A stretch of 64,000 nucleotides of DNA from Antedon mediterranea (GCF_964355755.1 NC_092679.1:19017432-19081431), one strand, 5' to 3'. Counted from the first letter of the stretch, positions 27,801 through 41,720 are shown. Notes: a model not told the origin generated them from the letters alone. Translations and numbers: made by a program.

Positions 27801-27968
27801 GCACAGCATATGTTTGACCGAAATCTGTTTTAAAAAACATCATAAAACCCTCACATAAAAAGTGTTACTTGCCTTATATATAAAAATGAAGCTCAATACA
27901 ATTAGAATAAAAACACCAACAATACAAAGAAGAACGATGGCCCACTTAGGGAATTGTTCACTCTCCAT
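24823..27968 (-). CDS. UNC5C-like protein: N-terminal TM, ZU5, UPA-like, death domain (~589 aa)
   Basis: Exons 27968-27873 (GC donor), 27501-27427, 27228-26347, 25946-25812, 25517-25296, 25182-24823, all phase 0. ZU5 signature FDEQGGMLNMDHMGIRLFVPPGAI...GPTIFCGPQGIGFLERVILSYEHCA; death domain DWRMFAHELEL...SPTYELLNTWE...FEKIGRKDAV. Confidence 0.85.
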
Positions 27969-28035
27969 TATTCCATTCAACGGCGAAGAACACAGGTCCT
28001 AATGTATAAAAAAAGTATTGTATTATTAATACACA

Positions 28036-28606
28036 GACGTCGTATCTAGATGACTGTCAATAGTCAGTTACAATATACCTAGTGACAGCAGAAGACTCGT
28101 ATCTAGATGACTGTCAATAGCCAGTTTCAATATACCTAGTGACAGCCGCAGACTCGTATCTAGATGACTGTCAATAATCAGTTACAATCTACCTAGTGAC
28201 AGTTGCAGACTCGTATCTAGATGACTCTCAATAGTCGTTACAATCTACATAGTGACAGCCGCAGACTCGTATCTAGATGACTGTCAATAGTCAGTTACAA
28301 TCTACCTAGTGACAGCCGCAGACTCGTATCTAGATGACTGTCAATAGTCAGTTACAATATACCTAGTGACAGCAGAAGACTCGTATCTAGATGACTGCCA
28401 ATAGTCAGTTACAATATACCTAGTGACAGCTGCAAACTCGTATCTAGATGACTGTCAATAGTCAGTTACAATCTACCTAGTGACAGCTGCAGACGCGTAT
28501 CTAGATGACTGTCAATAGTAAGTTAAGATATACCTAGTGACATCTGCCAACTCGTATCTAGATGACTGTCAATAGTCAGTTATAATCAAACTAGTGACAG
28601 CTGCCG
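28036..28606 (+). repeat. Minisatellite ~10 x 57 bp
   Basis: Unit AGACTCGTATCTAGATGACTGTCAATAGTCAGTTACAATATACCTAGTGACAGC(N)3, ~35 bp from the TM-exon acceptor of the UNC5C-like gene. Confidence 0.92.
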
Positions 28607-30524
28607 ATTAGTTACCCAATATAGCACCAGCAGCCTAGTCATAAAATCGTGTTTTTTTTATACTACTACAGTACGTACCGTATTTTGTAATGATTTCTTA
28701 ATTCGTCTGATAAAATAATACCTTTGATTGCACGTAGAATATATACTTTTGGTATACAGTTTAGTTTGATGGGTTGTTCAATGAGCATTCAAGAAGAAGA
28801 ACTATTACTATGCTTTATACTTTAGCATATGTATACCAGTAATTGTATCATAGCTAATCGTCCTATTTTAACAATAACATTAAATCAGTTTATGAATTCT
28901 TAAATCCCATTTTTTCACTTTTCAAATTGTGTTATTTGTATATAATGTAGGCCTATGATAGAAATATAAAGCCTTGTCTACACTATCAAACTAGTTTTAC
29001 AAAATGTTTGACGGTGCCCAAATATGGTATAGTGATCTGATGCCATTTTGTCCATATATCAATTTAATTCAATTTCTATTTATTTCGAAAATATCACCCA
29101 TATTAATAAACTTATAAACAGAAAAAGAAAAATCGTAAACTCTAAACTTAAGTATATAGAATGCTTCTCAGCTCTTGGAGGTATGGCGAGCATACAAGCA
29201 ACAAGGATGTTACCACTATTCAACATACGTTGCATTTAACCCTAGGTAGATTTTCGCATGTACTCATTAAAAGAAGGGACACCATGTTCAATAAACATTG
29301 CACTGGCAGTACTACTTCTAGAGACATTAAGTATATTCTTCTTCTTTATTGTATCAAACAAAAAAACAATTTAATACAAAAGGTAGCCAAGGTATAGCCG
29401 AAGCTAATCAAGCTTGGTACCTTTTACCTTAACTAACTTAAGCTACAAAATTAACAAATAAATAACAGAACTTAAAAGAAAATAAAAATTTGATAACGTC
29501 AAAGAATATGGACATATCATATAGTTTGACAGTGTAGACAGAGCTTAACCTGTAACACCTTTCCTGAATATAAGAATCGTTTGCTTTTATCTCTCTGATA
29601 TTTATAACTCTGAGAATTTATCATGAATCGTTTTCTCAGACCAGTTGAACACTACACACTATAAAACTAGTTTGCCAAAAAAAAAACGGGTAGGCCCAAT
29701 TATGGTATTGATATGACATCACCGTGTCCATATAGGCACATCACATTTTTGTTGTCACATAAAGTTTGATAATTAGTGTAGAAAGAGCATTAGAAACTGC
29801 GAAACTAGAGAACGGTCATAACACGCAAAAATGGCACGTGGAACAATGAAATAATTACAGAAATAGGTCTACTTGACGGAAGTGGTTTTGATAATATACA
29901 TAGGTTTCATTATATTGAAATCAGATTGTGTGTATCGAACCATTGAATATCTAACTATGCAATTTTTCACACAATTAAGATAATATACAGTACAGAAATA
30001 CAGGACAAAGTTCAGATAGGAAATGGGAATTCCCCTAATACACCTTTATCAATACATTTGGAAAGTGGGCGGTCTGTTGACTTTATTGCTCCATGGTTTC
30101 ACTATAAGGTATCCGCAAGGACGTAGTCGTTGCACAGTGAATTACGGTAACTGACCAATCACAAATGCCAAAGTTGTATGATCCATCGCGTCGTGATGAT
30201 CAAACTTTGGCGTTGCGTCAAATTTAAGTAATCAAGCTTAATTGAGGAAAACAAAACACCGAAGCAACATTTTTATCAGCAAACTACATTTTTTATGTTT
30301 TCATGTTATAGTAGTCCTACTAGAGACCTATGTTATACCTTTCCCTTTTTTCAGAAGTAGACAAGTTTGTAGTATACAAGCCGTAGCGCTGTATAGGCTA
30401 GGCCTATATACTTCTTCCGAGGATCATCAAACTATATACCATCTTCAATTAAAATTATTATTCATATTATTATATATTTATTCCTTAATTACCGTTTTAT
30501 GATGAAATCAATTCTTCAACTTAC

Positions 30525-30696
30525 CTTAAAAATTACACCTTCTTCAATGCTAGGCCTAGTTCCATACACAGGACAGACTCTCTACGGACAAAGACTAAAA
30601 GCCGCTTTTGCGATTACAATAAATGCCCACAAGTGAATGCAGCAGAAATGAAAATTGTGCTGGAAAAATACTCTTTTCACACTTGAGTGAACATTC
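30525..30696 (-). other. Candidate upstream (5'UTR) exon of the UNC5C-like gene
   Basis: Minus-strand acceptor ttttattgcag and donor AAG|GTAAGT; splices in phase 0 to the exon starting at 27998 but contains an in-frame TAG. Confidence 0.4.
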
Positions 30697-30984
30697 TGCA
30701 ATAAAAGCAAAATTTCGAATATGATATCCTTGAAATGAATTTCTTTATGCTCTATTTAAATGTGTATTTAGGAGACAATTGTTTTCACAGCTCCGGAATC
30801 CATGGCCTTTTTGTTTATAAATATATACAATCAACGTGGACCCAAATTATATACGAGACGTAACGTAATTACGTAGTTATAATTATATGATTACAATACA
30901 AACAAAAATCTCATCAAAATCATTAAAAACGCACATAAAATAATTCATGCGTGCTACATCTGCATTGGCTATACTTTGGGGAAT

Positions 30985-31330
30985 GTATTAATTTGATTTT
31001 ATTTATTTCGATACCATACTTTTTGTTTATGGACAACAATTTAGGTAAACAGACATTAAATGTAGATATACTTGTTACGTATTAGCATAGGACTAAATAA
31101 TCTAAGCAGCTAAAGCTAGATAATTATAAACCCCCTTCATAAATTTTTTGCGCAATCAATCAAATTTATTAATTTGATTTTATTTATTTCGATACCATAC
31201 GTTCTGTTTATGGACAACAATTTAGGTAAACAGAAAAACAGGACATTAAATGTAGATATACATTTTACGTATTAGCATGGACTAGATAATTATAAACCCC
31301 CTTCCTAAATTTGTTGCGCAATCAATCAAA
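30985..31330 (+). repeat. Imperfect ~180-bp tandem duplication in the divergent promoter region
   Basis: TATTAATTTGATTTTATTTATTTCGATACCATAC...GCGCAATCAATCAAA occurs twice. Confidence 0.8.
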
Positions 31331-31722
31331 GAAGTAATCGACAATTTACACCACCTTTTAAATTAGAATCCTACATTTTTAGAATAGGCTTAGAAATATT
31401 TCTTAAATACATTATATATCGGGTTTTAAAATGTTATATATTAATTATATTCAGTGAAAACTTATTGGCGCATTGATATCGTCAATGATCGAGTGGTAAA
31501 TTTAGGGTTATCGTCCCTCTTTTAACGTCGACGTCGTCCCTGAATCCGTCCCTAGCTAGCCGGTTCGAGCCTGGCGAGAGAGCCTGAACAAAGAATGAAT
31601 GGAATCTTCCATATACAGTTACTCTCTCGCGACGAATTAAAACTTATTTATTTTAAACTTTAGGCTATTTTAAGTTTGTTTAAGTAGCAGAATAAAAAAA
31701 ACTGACATCTAGATTGATAATC

Positions 31723-34700
31723 ATGGTCGTTGTGGAAAAAAATGGAAATGCTGATGCTGTCGAAAGATCAAATGGAGCCAGGCCCGGTTCAGCCAGTACT
31801 TCCAACGGGCACAGATCGGATGAAAGCCCCGGGAGCAGTTCCGATGAAGAACATGGTTTGTTCATACTTCTTGACTTCAAAATTTCAAATTATCGTTATT
31901 TATTATTACGCTGTTTACTATTTGTACACAATTTTTTATTTTTTAAAATCAATACATTAAGTAGGCCTAGGCCCTAGGCCTAAGTCTGGTCCTTATTTTA
32001 ATTATGTGATGTGCAAAAAATTGAAATAAATGAGGTCAATCAATTCAAGATATTTATTAGAATTTTACCTAGGCCCTACTTATACTGTAGCTCTATCATT
32101 GAATGAAAGGGAGGGGGGTAGTCAGCTATGCAATGCAGATGTTCACATCAGATCAGAACTGCCAATTGGCAGGTAAAATATAAAATAAAGTTTTAATTGC
32201 TTTGGTGACTATAGTATTAGTAGTAGTAGGTTTACAACAATATGATATCGATCGCATTTGAAATCAGTCGTATTAGCACTGAGCAGATGCAGACATTTCC
32301 CAATCATCACTTCTATTTTAATTTCTTATAAAAATATTGATAAATTTAACATTATTTGCACACTTAATGAAGCTTCCATATTGTAAACGTGCAAAGTACA
32401 TCGACCTAATTTCTTTCATTTTTCATTTTAAATTAGATCCCCTTTCCGCTCTGGAAAAACAATTAGAAATCACATTGTTTTTTCTGTGGTATTAATAACA
32501 AAAATATGGTTCTTTCAACTTCCTTATTCATTTTTAATCCTTTGTCTTTATGTCGTCAAGATATTTCAAGCGTTAACCAATTTTAATAAATTTCATAAAA
32601 GATTATTTTGTTAGTAAATTATATATTTATAATAATAGTAATAATTAATACACACAGACAAAATGTGAAAGAAATATTATGAACACTGGTAATTTTTTAG
32701 TTGCAAAAAATACTAGATACTGTAGTACTACAAGCCTTCTGCAAAGTAGTAACTATAAAGTAGTAAAAGTAAAAAATACAGTAGCTCCAAATAAAGAAGA
32801 ATATTATAAATTGAGAATTTCACACTTCGATATTTTGGTCATGTTCATGAAAATGATCTGTAATTTAATGTAGAAGAAATCTGGATCAGATCCGAATTTG
32901 TTTCATTTTTCTTTTAAAATTATATCGGGATTCCTTAACCAGAAAGAAATAATTAAATTTTTTTTGGAAATGGTAAAATATTGTAATTTTCCTGACTTCC
33001 TTGAACAAATTGTGGACAAATCCTCACTTATGTCCACACAATTTTTGTAAACTCCATTTTTTTATCATAAAGAAAATACATTTATTGCGTATCTGCCTTT
33101 AAAGCTCTGTCTACAGTATACAACAAAATGGGATTTTTTACTACAGCCATATATGGACATGATGATGTCATATCACCACCATATTTAAGCATATATCACC
33201 ACCATATTATTTAAGCATACACAGTATCACTAACATATTTAAGCATACACAGTATCACTAACATATTTAAGCATACAGTATCACTACCATATTTTTTTGT
33301 CAAACTAGGTGGATAATGTAGACAGAGTTTAACAATACTGATACAAAGCAAAGTTCAGTACCTACTGCATATTCAGTGCCATAACACTGAGGCCCTTGGG
33401 TTTAGCCAGTGAGCACTCATAGCCATTAGGCCACTGTGTATTATTCCTGCTGTTCCAAAATTCCTACTTAGGGGACACCCTTTAAAGGACATGCTTTGTT
33501 AGGTCCCTTAATAGATGTTCTACTGTATCTTTCTAATTGGTACAACATTTATTTCTTTTTAAGAGCCTGGAATGAGAATCGGTGCTGAATACCAAGCAGT
33601 CATACCAGATGTCGTTGAAAGTAAGTTCAAAGTTCATACTACTCTTTATCAGGGGAAATAGATTAGAAGTTTAGTAATAATAATAATAAATAATAGTAAT
33701 TACAGTATAAGGCCTTCCAAAAAAAAACAGAGCGGCATACATACATCAAATACATAAAATGATAAATCTTAAAATTATACGCATTAATTTTATTTTGTAT
33801 TTTACTTAAATTATTTAATAAAATTATTTGTAAATTTCCCTTCTAACTGTCGGGGAACATTCATTAAAAACTGGTGACCAATTTTAGAATAGGAGACACA
33901 CAGTAGTTTTGTACATGAAGTAGTATATTGCCTGGAGGTTTTCTCAACAGTTCAAACAATCATCTACAGTACCTCTGTCCTACCTATAAGTTAGTATAGT
34001 ACTTTCAACCAACTAATGAAGGCCTTATATTTTCTTACCTTACTGTTACTCACAAATAGTTGATGTGTCGTTTCTTTCTTATAAGTTTGAAATATTGAAT
34101 TTCTATCGCAGTGTTATTGTTAAAATGGTGAAAGAAAGCTGGTAGTAACTACTGTAAATCTCTGAAACCAGTACAGTAATTGAATAACAATGATTAAATA
34201 TTAACATTTACTATAGAGTAATCTAAACAGGGAGTTGTAAAATAAAAAATATAAAATATTTTACATCCTCCCTGGTCTAAATCTCTGTCTACACTATTAT
34301 TATTAACTGATTTGACAAAAAAGTGTGATGTACCCAAATATGGTAGTAATATGATCATCATGTCCATATATGGGCACATCACATTTTTTTTGTCATATTA
34401 TAAAGTTTGATAGTGCAGACAGAGCTTTAGACTTACTTACTACCAGCTACCATACAGTGTGAACTTCAATGTGAGTTTGCCAGACAAATAAAATGTTGTA
34501 CAGTAGAACTCAAGTCTGTTGTAATGTTACTGGCTAATTAGGAAAAATTACATAAAAAACACCTACACAGAATTAAAGTAAATACTTACTGAACAATGAA
34601 ATTAAAGCCACCACAACATGCCCACTTTGTGAAATAAAATGTTATTGTTATATTTGTTCAAATAGGAAGAATTATCCCTTCATCACTGAACAATAACCAC

Positions 34701-37700
34701 AATGTGAATTGATAATAATCATATTACGGATCTTAGTAGTTTGTTGTGAGGGAAGCAATCCACAAAAATCAAATTGTAAATAGAAACAGTACGTGATAAA
34801 TCAAAGTTTAAACATAATTAATTGAATGATAAATTGGTGGAGAATTATCAAAGTGCAGTGACTAAACCGTGCTGTAAAAATCAAATAAAGAGGAATAGAT
34901 ATCCTTTTATGATGCAATATGTACTTTACTATGCCTACTGTGTATTATTCAATCTGCCTTTGTTGATTTATGTGCAAGCAACCATATACTATTTTATTTA
35001 CCATACAGTAGATTGCTATATCCACTCTTACCCTTATATACTGTACTGTAGCCAATTTACATAGAAGAGCAGTAACGTAAGCGGTAAACCACATAGCTTG
35101 TACCATGTAGAATCTGTATCTATCTTGAGCAGAAACAGCCCATCCTGTCCGTGTTGTGTGTAAATGGTCATAAGGAATAACATAGATTCTATATTTTTAT
35201 TACCATTACCTCTTGTCTTTGTAAATTGGCCTTAAACCTAAATAATCATGTCTGCTTTTCCAAAAAGTCTGTTTTCAGAATTCTTGAAACAAAAAATATC
35301 CCTATTCAGCAGACACACCTAATTGCTGTATGGGGACACTTTCCTGTGAAACTATTCAAGGAACACCCCTTATAGGGGTAAGGTTCTATACAAATGTATT
35401 TAATTTAGTGTTATTAATTTACATGTCACATGTAACACAATATAACTACAACTGATTTTTCAACACACTGCCTTTAGTGCACAAACTTTAAGAATTGGGC
35501 ATTATAGTATATTGTAATTTTTTGGGTTTTTTTTATACAGCGTCTGGACCTATGAAAACAGACTCTCGTCCTGAGGCACTACTTGTATGGGCACCGTGTA
35601 TGGATGTATCGGAAGTTAAACGTAAATAACAGTTCTACAAATTTATTGTATTTTGTGTCTAAACTAATATTCTTTATTTATGTGAAATCAAACGGTAAAA
35701 TTGGATAAGGAGGTGAATAAAAAAACTACAAAAAATAAAGTTTTTGGAGATGACTTGCAAAAATAACCATTCATTCCAATTGAAGTGTAATGTAATTGTA
35801 CAGTATTCTTGCATACTGATATTTATTTAAAAGATTTTAAAAAAAAAACCAGATCAAAGTTTAATAATTCAATATGTTTTTTGTTCATTTGGTATTGTAG
35901 AAGTTGATTCGTGGGTGGATTTTCATTTCTAAATAATTTCTAAATATTACCTCGACTTACTTAACAGTGTAACAATGCTTAAAACAGTTTACTTCAAATT
36001 TTTACAATAGGTACACTGTACCATTTTGTACTACAGTAAAAATCTAGATCAAATGAGGCTTTTATCACATTGGAAACTGGGGTATGCCCAAATACGGTAG
36101 TGATATGGCATCATGTCCATGTATTGATAGGCACATCACATTTTTTTGTTACACAAAGTTTGATAGTATAGAAAGAGCTTTAAGATGCAAACATGTACAC
36201 AAACTTTTGCCTTCTCACATGTCAGTCCTTAACATTGTGCCATTCTTTTTGTTTACTTCAGTTGATGAATACATTCACGTTGCTAAGGAGAAGTATGGTT
36301 ACAACACAGAGCAGGCACTTGGCATGTTGTTCTGGCATAAGTACAACGTTGCTAAATCACTCGCCGATCTGCCAAACTTTACCCCCTTCCCAAGCGAGTG
36401 GACGGTCGAAGACAAGGTTTTGTTCGAGCAGGCGTTCAGCTTTCACGGCAAAAGTTTTCACAGAATACGACAAATGGTAATTACTTTAAAGATATTTTCA
36501 CACTTTATACTTTTTATCTATTAACTCGACCAAGGATAACAAGAGAGGGTGCTTCTCAAAAACTGAAATTACATATCACTTTTATTGTCAAAATGTAAAA
36601 TATTAGTAATAATAACATTGATCAACTTATATGACAAAAAGACCAAATAAAAAGCCGCTTTGGATTTGGCCTTGTAAAAATGAAATACAAAGTAATTATT
36701 TAACAGACACTAGAAAGTTATTAAATGAATATAGCATATATGTAATACTTACACATAAAATAAAAATTAGATACAAATAGATTTCAGGGAATACTGTAGG
36801 ACAGTAGAACTGATGACTACTAAAAATAACCTAAGAACAATATTTGGATAGTAAATAATGTTGAACTTTAATTGTAAACATTTTTTTTAATGAGATCAAT
36901 CTTAAAATTCAATATTAACCACTTGATTTTAATATTTGTTTTTTGACAGCTTCCTGATAAATCTATCAGCACTCTTGTGAGGTACTATTACCAATGGAAG
37001 AAAACAAGAACAAGGACTAGTTTGATGGATAGACACGTACGCAAGCTTGCCCTCGCCCAGAAAGAGAACGAAGAGTAAGTAGTAGACCAGAATTATAATG
37101 CCAAAGGCATTGTCACTGTGTTCCCTCAGCTGCCTAGAAAAAAAAATGGAATATGACCATATAAAACCATTATGTATCCAATATTTTTACTTTTTGGGCA
37201 AATTATGTAGAGAATTTATCATTTCTTTTACATGGAATTGATGCTAGAATTTTATAGTTAGCAAAATTGGTGAAAGCTTCTAATTTTGGCATCTTTTATA
37301 AAAGCGAAAAAGTTACCTTTTAATGTCCCTCTATGATTTAAAAGGTAAATCTTAAAGCTCTCTCGACACTATCAAATCATGATGCTGTTATGTCACCACC
37401 ATATTTGGGCACATTACACTTTTTTTAAACTAGTTTGATAGTGTAGACAGAGCTTAAGTCACTGCACTTTGATAATTCTCCATGAATTTATCATTCAATT
37501 AACTATGTTTAAACTTTGATTTATCACATACTATACCTATTTACAAGCATATCACTACCATATTTAGGCACATCACTACCATATTTGGGCATATCACCAC
37601 CATATTTGGGCAAATCAGTTTGTCAAACTAGTTTGATAGTGTAGATAAAGCTTAAGATTATGAAATGTTATTTGTTTATAGGGATGAAAGTGGTGAAAAC

Positions 37701-39840
37701 AGCAATGACAGTGACTTTGACCCAGAGAAAGAAGCTCAAAAGGTATGCTTTATTGATTTTTTATGGCTTATTTGTATCCAGTTAAACTGTGAATTCATTC
37801 AACATATCGAACATTATTTGATCATTATTTTCTGTATTTGTATTGGGCACTTTACATTATCTAGATTTAGTCTGGCATGCTGAGTAGTAACATAGAATTG
37901 ATAGAATTTATTTGCGTGTTTGTTTCAGGGTGATGGGACAAAAGGCGGCTGTTCAAATTGTGCTGCCACTGTTAGTCAGCTTCATACAACTCCAAAAGGC
38001 CAACTTTGTAACCAGTGTTACAGTTACTGGAGGTAAGACACAGCTCCTGATGTGTGGTTGCACAGATATGGGATGAAATGACCAGCCTAACTTTGTACAT
38101 GGGCTTGCAACCATTTTTCCCCTAGCACTCAACAAAACCTTTTAACGTGTAAACAATGCAGATAATTTTTCATCAATACATCTTTGTTTTCTTGTCACTA
38201 GACGTACTGGAGTAATGCGTGTGCACATTGGCCCGGTACGTAGTGAGTCACACAGTTTACGCCATCATCCGGTACGGACGAGAAAGAGGCCACCAAAGGG
38301 GATGTACATAAGCGCTGAAGACCTAATGGTGATGACCAACGCTGCCCAGTCAGAGGTTATATTTAAGGAGTTGGATACAGAAATGACCAACAAGAAGAGA
38401 GAGGTATTGGAATGTTTAAATATATTATTATTTCTATGAATAAATGAATGGATAAAGTTTGCATACTCTGTTCATGCCCATATTGATGTTGAAATTCCTA
38501 ATTTACGAAGTGTCTATACAATAAAATGTTAAAAATAAAACACAATCCGTACACAAAATGATACAAAAGCCTTTCAAGAAATGGGACTTGAGGGGTATTG
38601 TTCCTCTCCATCCATGGTTGACAAAAATGTGAAATATTTAATATTTTTTCAATATGTATAGGTACAATACAACAAACAGCTACTAAGCCAACAACGCAAC
38701 AGCATGAATGACAAATTTGAGGAATACCGCCCTCAAGTTGCCCCTCCACGCAATAATGTACGATGGACAAATGATGAATTGTTATTAGCTGTTCAAGGTA
38801 AATTTATTTTACAAATACAAAATAGAACAAAACCTTTTCATAATAGGTATGGAACAAACCATTTTATAATAGGTATGGAACAAACCATTTTATAATAGGT
38901 ATGGAACAAACCATTTTATAATAGGTATGGAACAAATACATCTAACTTTCTACCACCCCACCTGAATATCTCCACATATGGCATTAATGTCCATAGGCAA
39001 ATCCTGTAATACACTGTCACATATGTATCACATGTTAGTTAGTTTTTACTATAAGCAAGCACCCGAGATATTTTCTGGTGTTTTTTAACAGCTGTGAGAA
39101 AGTATGGGAAAGATTTTCAGGCAATAGCGGACGTTGTAGGCAACAAGAACGTACAACAATGCTCCAGCTTCCTAATCAATTATAGGAGGCGCTTTAATTT
39201 GGATCAGGTCCTTGAGGAATACGAGTGCGATCAGGCTGCTAGTAACGACAACAAAAATAGTGAGGTAACACTTATTTTTTACACTTTGTTTAGCTTTTTT
39301 ATACAATTGCTTTTTAGTGAATAATGTGTAATACATTACATGTAATATATTGTTGATGTTTTCTTTTATTTATATAGATATCTGAAAAGCAACTGCCACT
39401 ACCAAGCCAAGTGACCGGTGTTGTGGCTAATATACCGCCCCCTCTACTTCGACCAACCAGCCAACCACCACCAAAAACTACCATACCTGCTCAAGCAAGG
39501 TGAGTGGTTCAAAACATTTTAGTATTTTGAAATATGCTTAGAGAAATATACTTATATATAAATATTACAGTATATTGAATAATAGAAAAACAACTATAAT
39601 TATAAAAAATAAATATAAGTTCAATACATCTGACAATTATTGCTGTATTATTGTTTTTCTAAAAATAGATTTTTGCAGCCTCCCAGGTCATCGTTGCAAC
39701 AACTTCCTCCGCCTCTGATTCGACCAGCATCGCACCCTCAAGTCAACCAGCATCGAGCACATCCCTCTATTACCGGCCCACTCTCTAGGCCGCCTCAGCT
39801 TCTAGGCAACCAGAATCTTCATGAAACCCCTATGTCATAA
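31723..39840 (+). CDS. RCOR: REST corepressor (CoREST): ELM2, SANT1, C4 zinc finger, coiled coil, SANT2, Pro-rich tail
   Basis: 12 exons: 31723-31855, 33564-33620, 35541-35621, 36262-36476, 36950-37074, 37682-37742, 37929-38032, 38202-38403, 38662-38797, 39092-39264, 39378-39499, 39669-39840. Motifs [101 protein letters not shown]. Confidence 0.95.
38840..38936 (+). repeat. 26-bp tandem repeat x ~4 in RCOR intron
   Basis: Unit ATAATAGGTATGGAACAAACCATTTT. Confidence 0.9.
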
Positions 39841-41720
39841 TGGAAGATTCCATTGCAATTTCCTCATCAGTACATCGTAAATTATTACCGTAAACAATAG
39901 TTGCCATGTCAACTGTGAAAATACTATATTTTCTGGTATAATTGTCCAAATTGATGATAAATTAGAAATAAAAAAATTTGAGTAATTTTTTTTTATATTG
40001 AAATTTTTTGTAATCAACTTAAGATACCACGACTATAACTTTTCAATTAGTTATAATGAAGTCCTGATGAATCCAGAATAAAAAAAATAATGTTTAGTAG
40101 GTTTTGTGCAATTGTAACTTGTATACCTCCATGTAAGAAAAATACTAATTGTCTGTTCAGAATAAGAAAGTAAACTAGTTTCATTCATTACGTGGTTCTG
40201 TAAAAAGAAAGGAATTAAACAGACAAATGAACTTTTAATATAATTGTACAGAAATTAATATAAAACCAAGTTTTCAATTCATTATCACCACACTGACATT
40301 CAGATTTTGGCAGGTTTGGCTCGCCATAGATTTATGTAAAATAAGTTATTTCTGTGCCTTTACAATTTCCATGGAGGAATTCAAAAATTTTGATTCATTT
40401 AGATATAGTCTTCAAAGGGAGGAAGTTTTAGAAATGTTGATGTTTTTTTTTATTTGAAAGTTAATTATTTTCATTCATTGTGTGACTCTCCATGATATCT
40501 TAAATTATTAAACTGATTATATTACCGCAAATAATCAATTAAAGCACCGCAAAATTTATATAATTTTCCGCAGTTTCAGTAGGCTTACGACTGATGTTCT
40601 GCAGGCGATCAACATTTCTAAAAGAAAAGGATTAAGTTCTAAGTAATGTGCATCGTGTGCGCATTCCGAATATAACCAATTTTCATTTGAGGATACATGA
40701 TGCTTAGAACACCGAACCGCGCGGCGCTTATTTGACTGCACGGTGTTGTGAGCGCGTTTTCAATCATTTGCGGCGTTAAATTTGTCCTGCTAATGCGTGG
40801 TTCCCACTAGGACGAAAGGACGTAGAGACAACCAATTTTCCTCCATGAGACAATACAAGCAAGTTGAACAATCACAAGCGCGCGAAAGTTCCGATCGCTT
40901 TGTGATTACTAACGTTGCGTACTACATCGTTGCGTCCAAGTGGGAACCCAATTTTATGATTATCTAATTGGAAAATCTTAGTTATCTAACTAGGTTATGC
41001 AATAGGTTAGTTTTAGTTACATTATTTATTTACAATTGAGATGTATGTGTTTGATTGTGTTTAGCTTTGGTCACAAGAAATTAATAAACTGAAATTCATT
41101 GTCATGTAAAACATACATATTTAAATTGTAGTGGATACTGTGTTAAAAAAACAACTAGTTTGTATACATCATAGTTTATTCTGCAGTGACTATAGGAGGC
41201 CTACATTATTATTTGAATTTCGATACAGTATTTATCCTCTAACTATCCGTCAGTCAATTTACTTCTAAATGTTACCTATACAGTGCTTATTTGACTATGA
41301 CAATTTATTTGGTGGTATATACTTAAAGATGTATTACCTCACTACCCCCCCCCCCCCCCAATTTTTGTTTTACCATTTTAATGTCATAGGCCCCTAATAG
41401 TTATTCACTTTGTTCAAAAATTGAATCAAAAAAAATATATAGGGCCTATATTTAGGCCTACCTGAAAAAAAAACTGTACGGTAATCTAAAGCAAAACAGT
41501 CAAATCAGAAAATGGATTTTTGTTAAATGTTATCGTTTTGTTTTTATAAGTACAATCATTAATTTGTTTTTCTACGGAACTGAATAACTTTACTTAAAAT
41601 TCTATGGCCTAAACTAATTTGGCACGATTTGACGACGGCGCGTAACGCGAAAAGAAATGGGTATGGCGCGCTACTTGTGTTAATAATCGGTAATTTACGG
41701 CACTATTCCTGTCTTTGTAG

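Noticed and set aside
28036-28606. Possible CRISPR-like or coding repeat
   Set aside because: Head-to-tail 57-bp minisatellite with only point variation and frequent stops.
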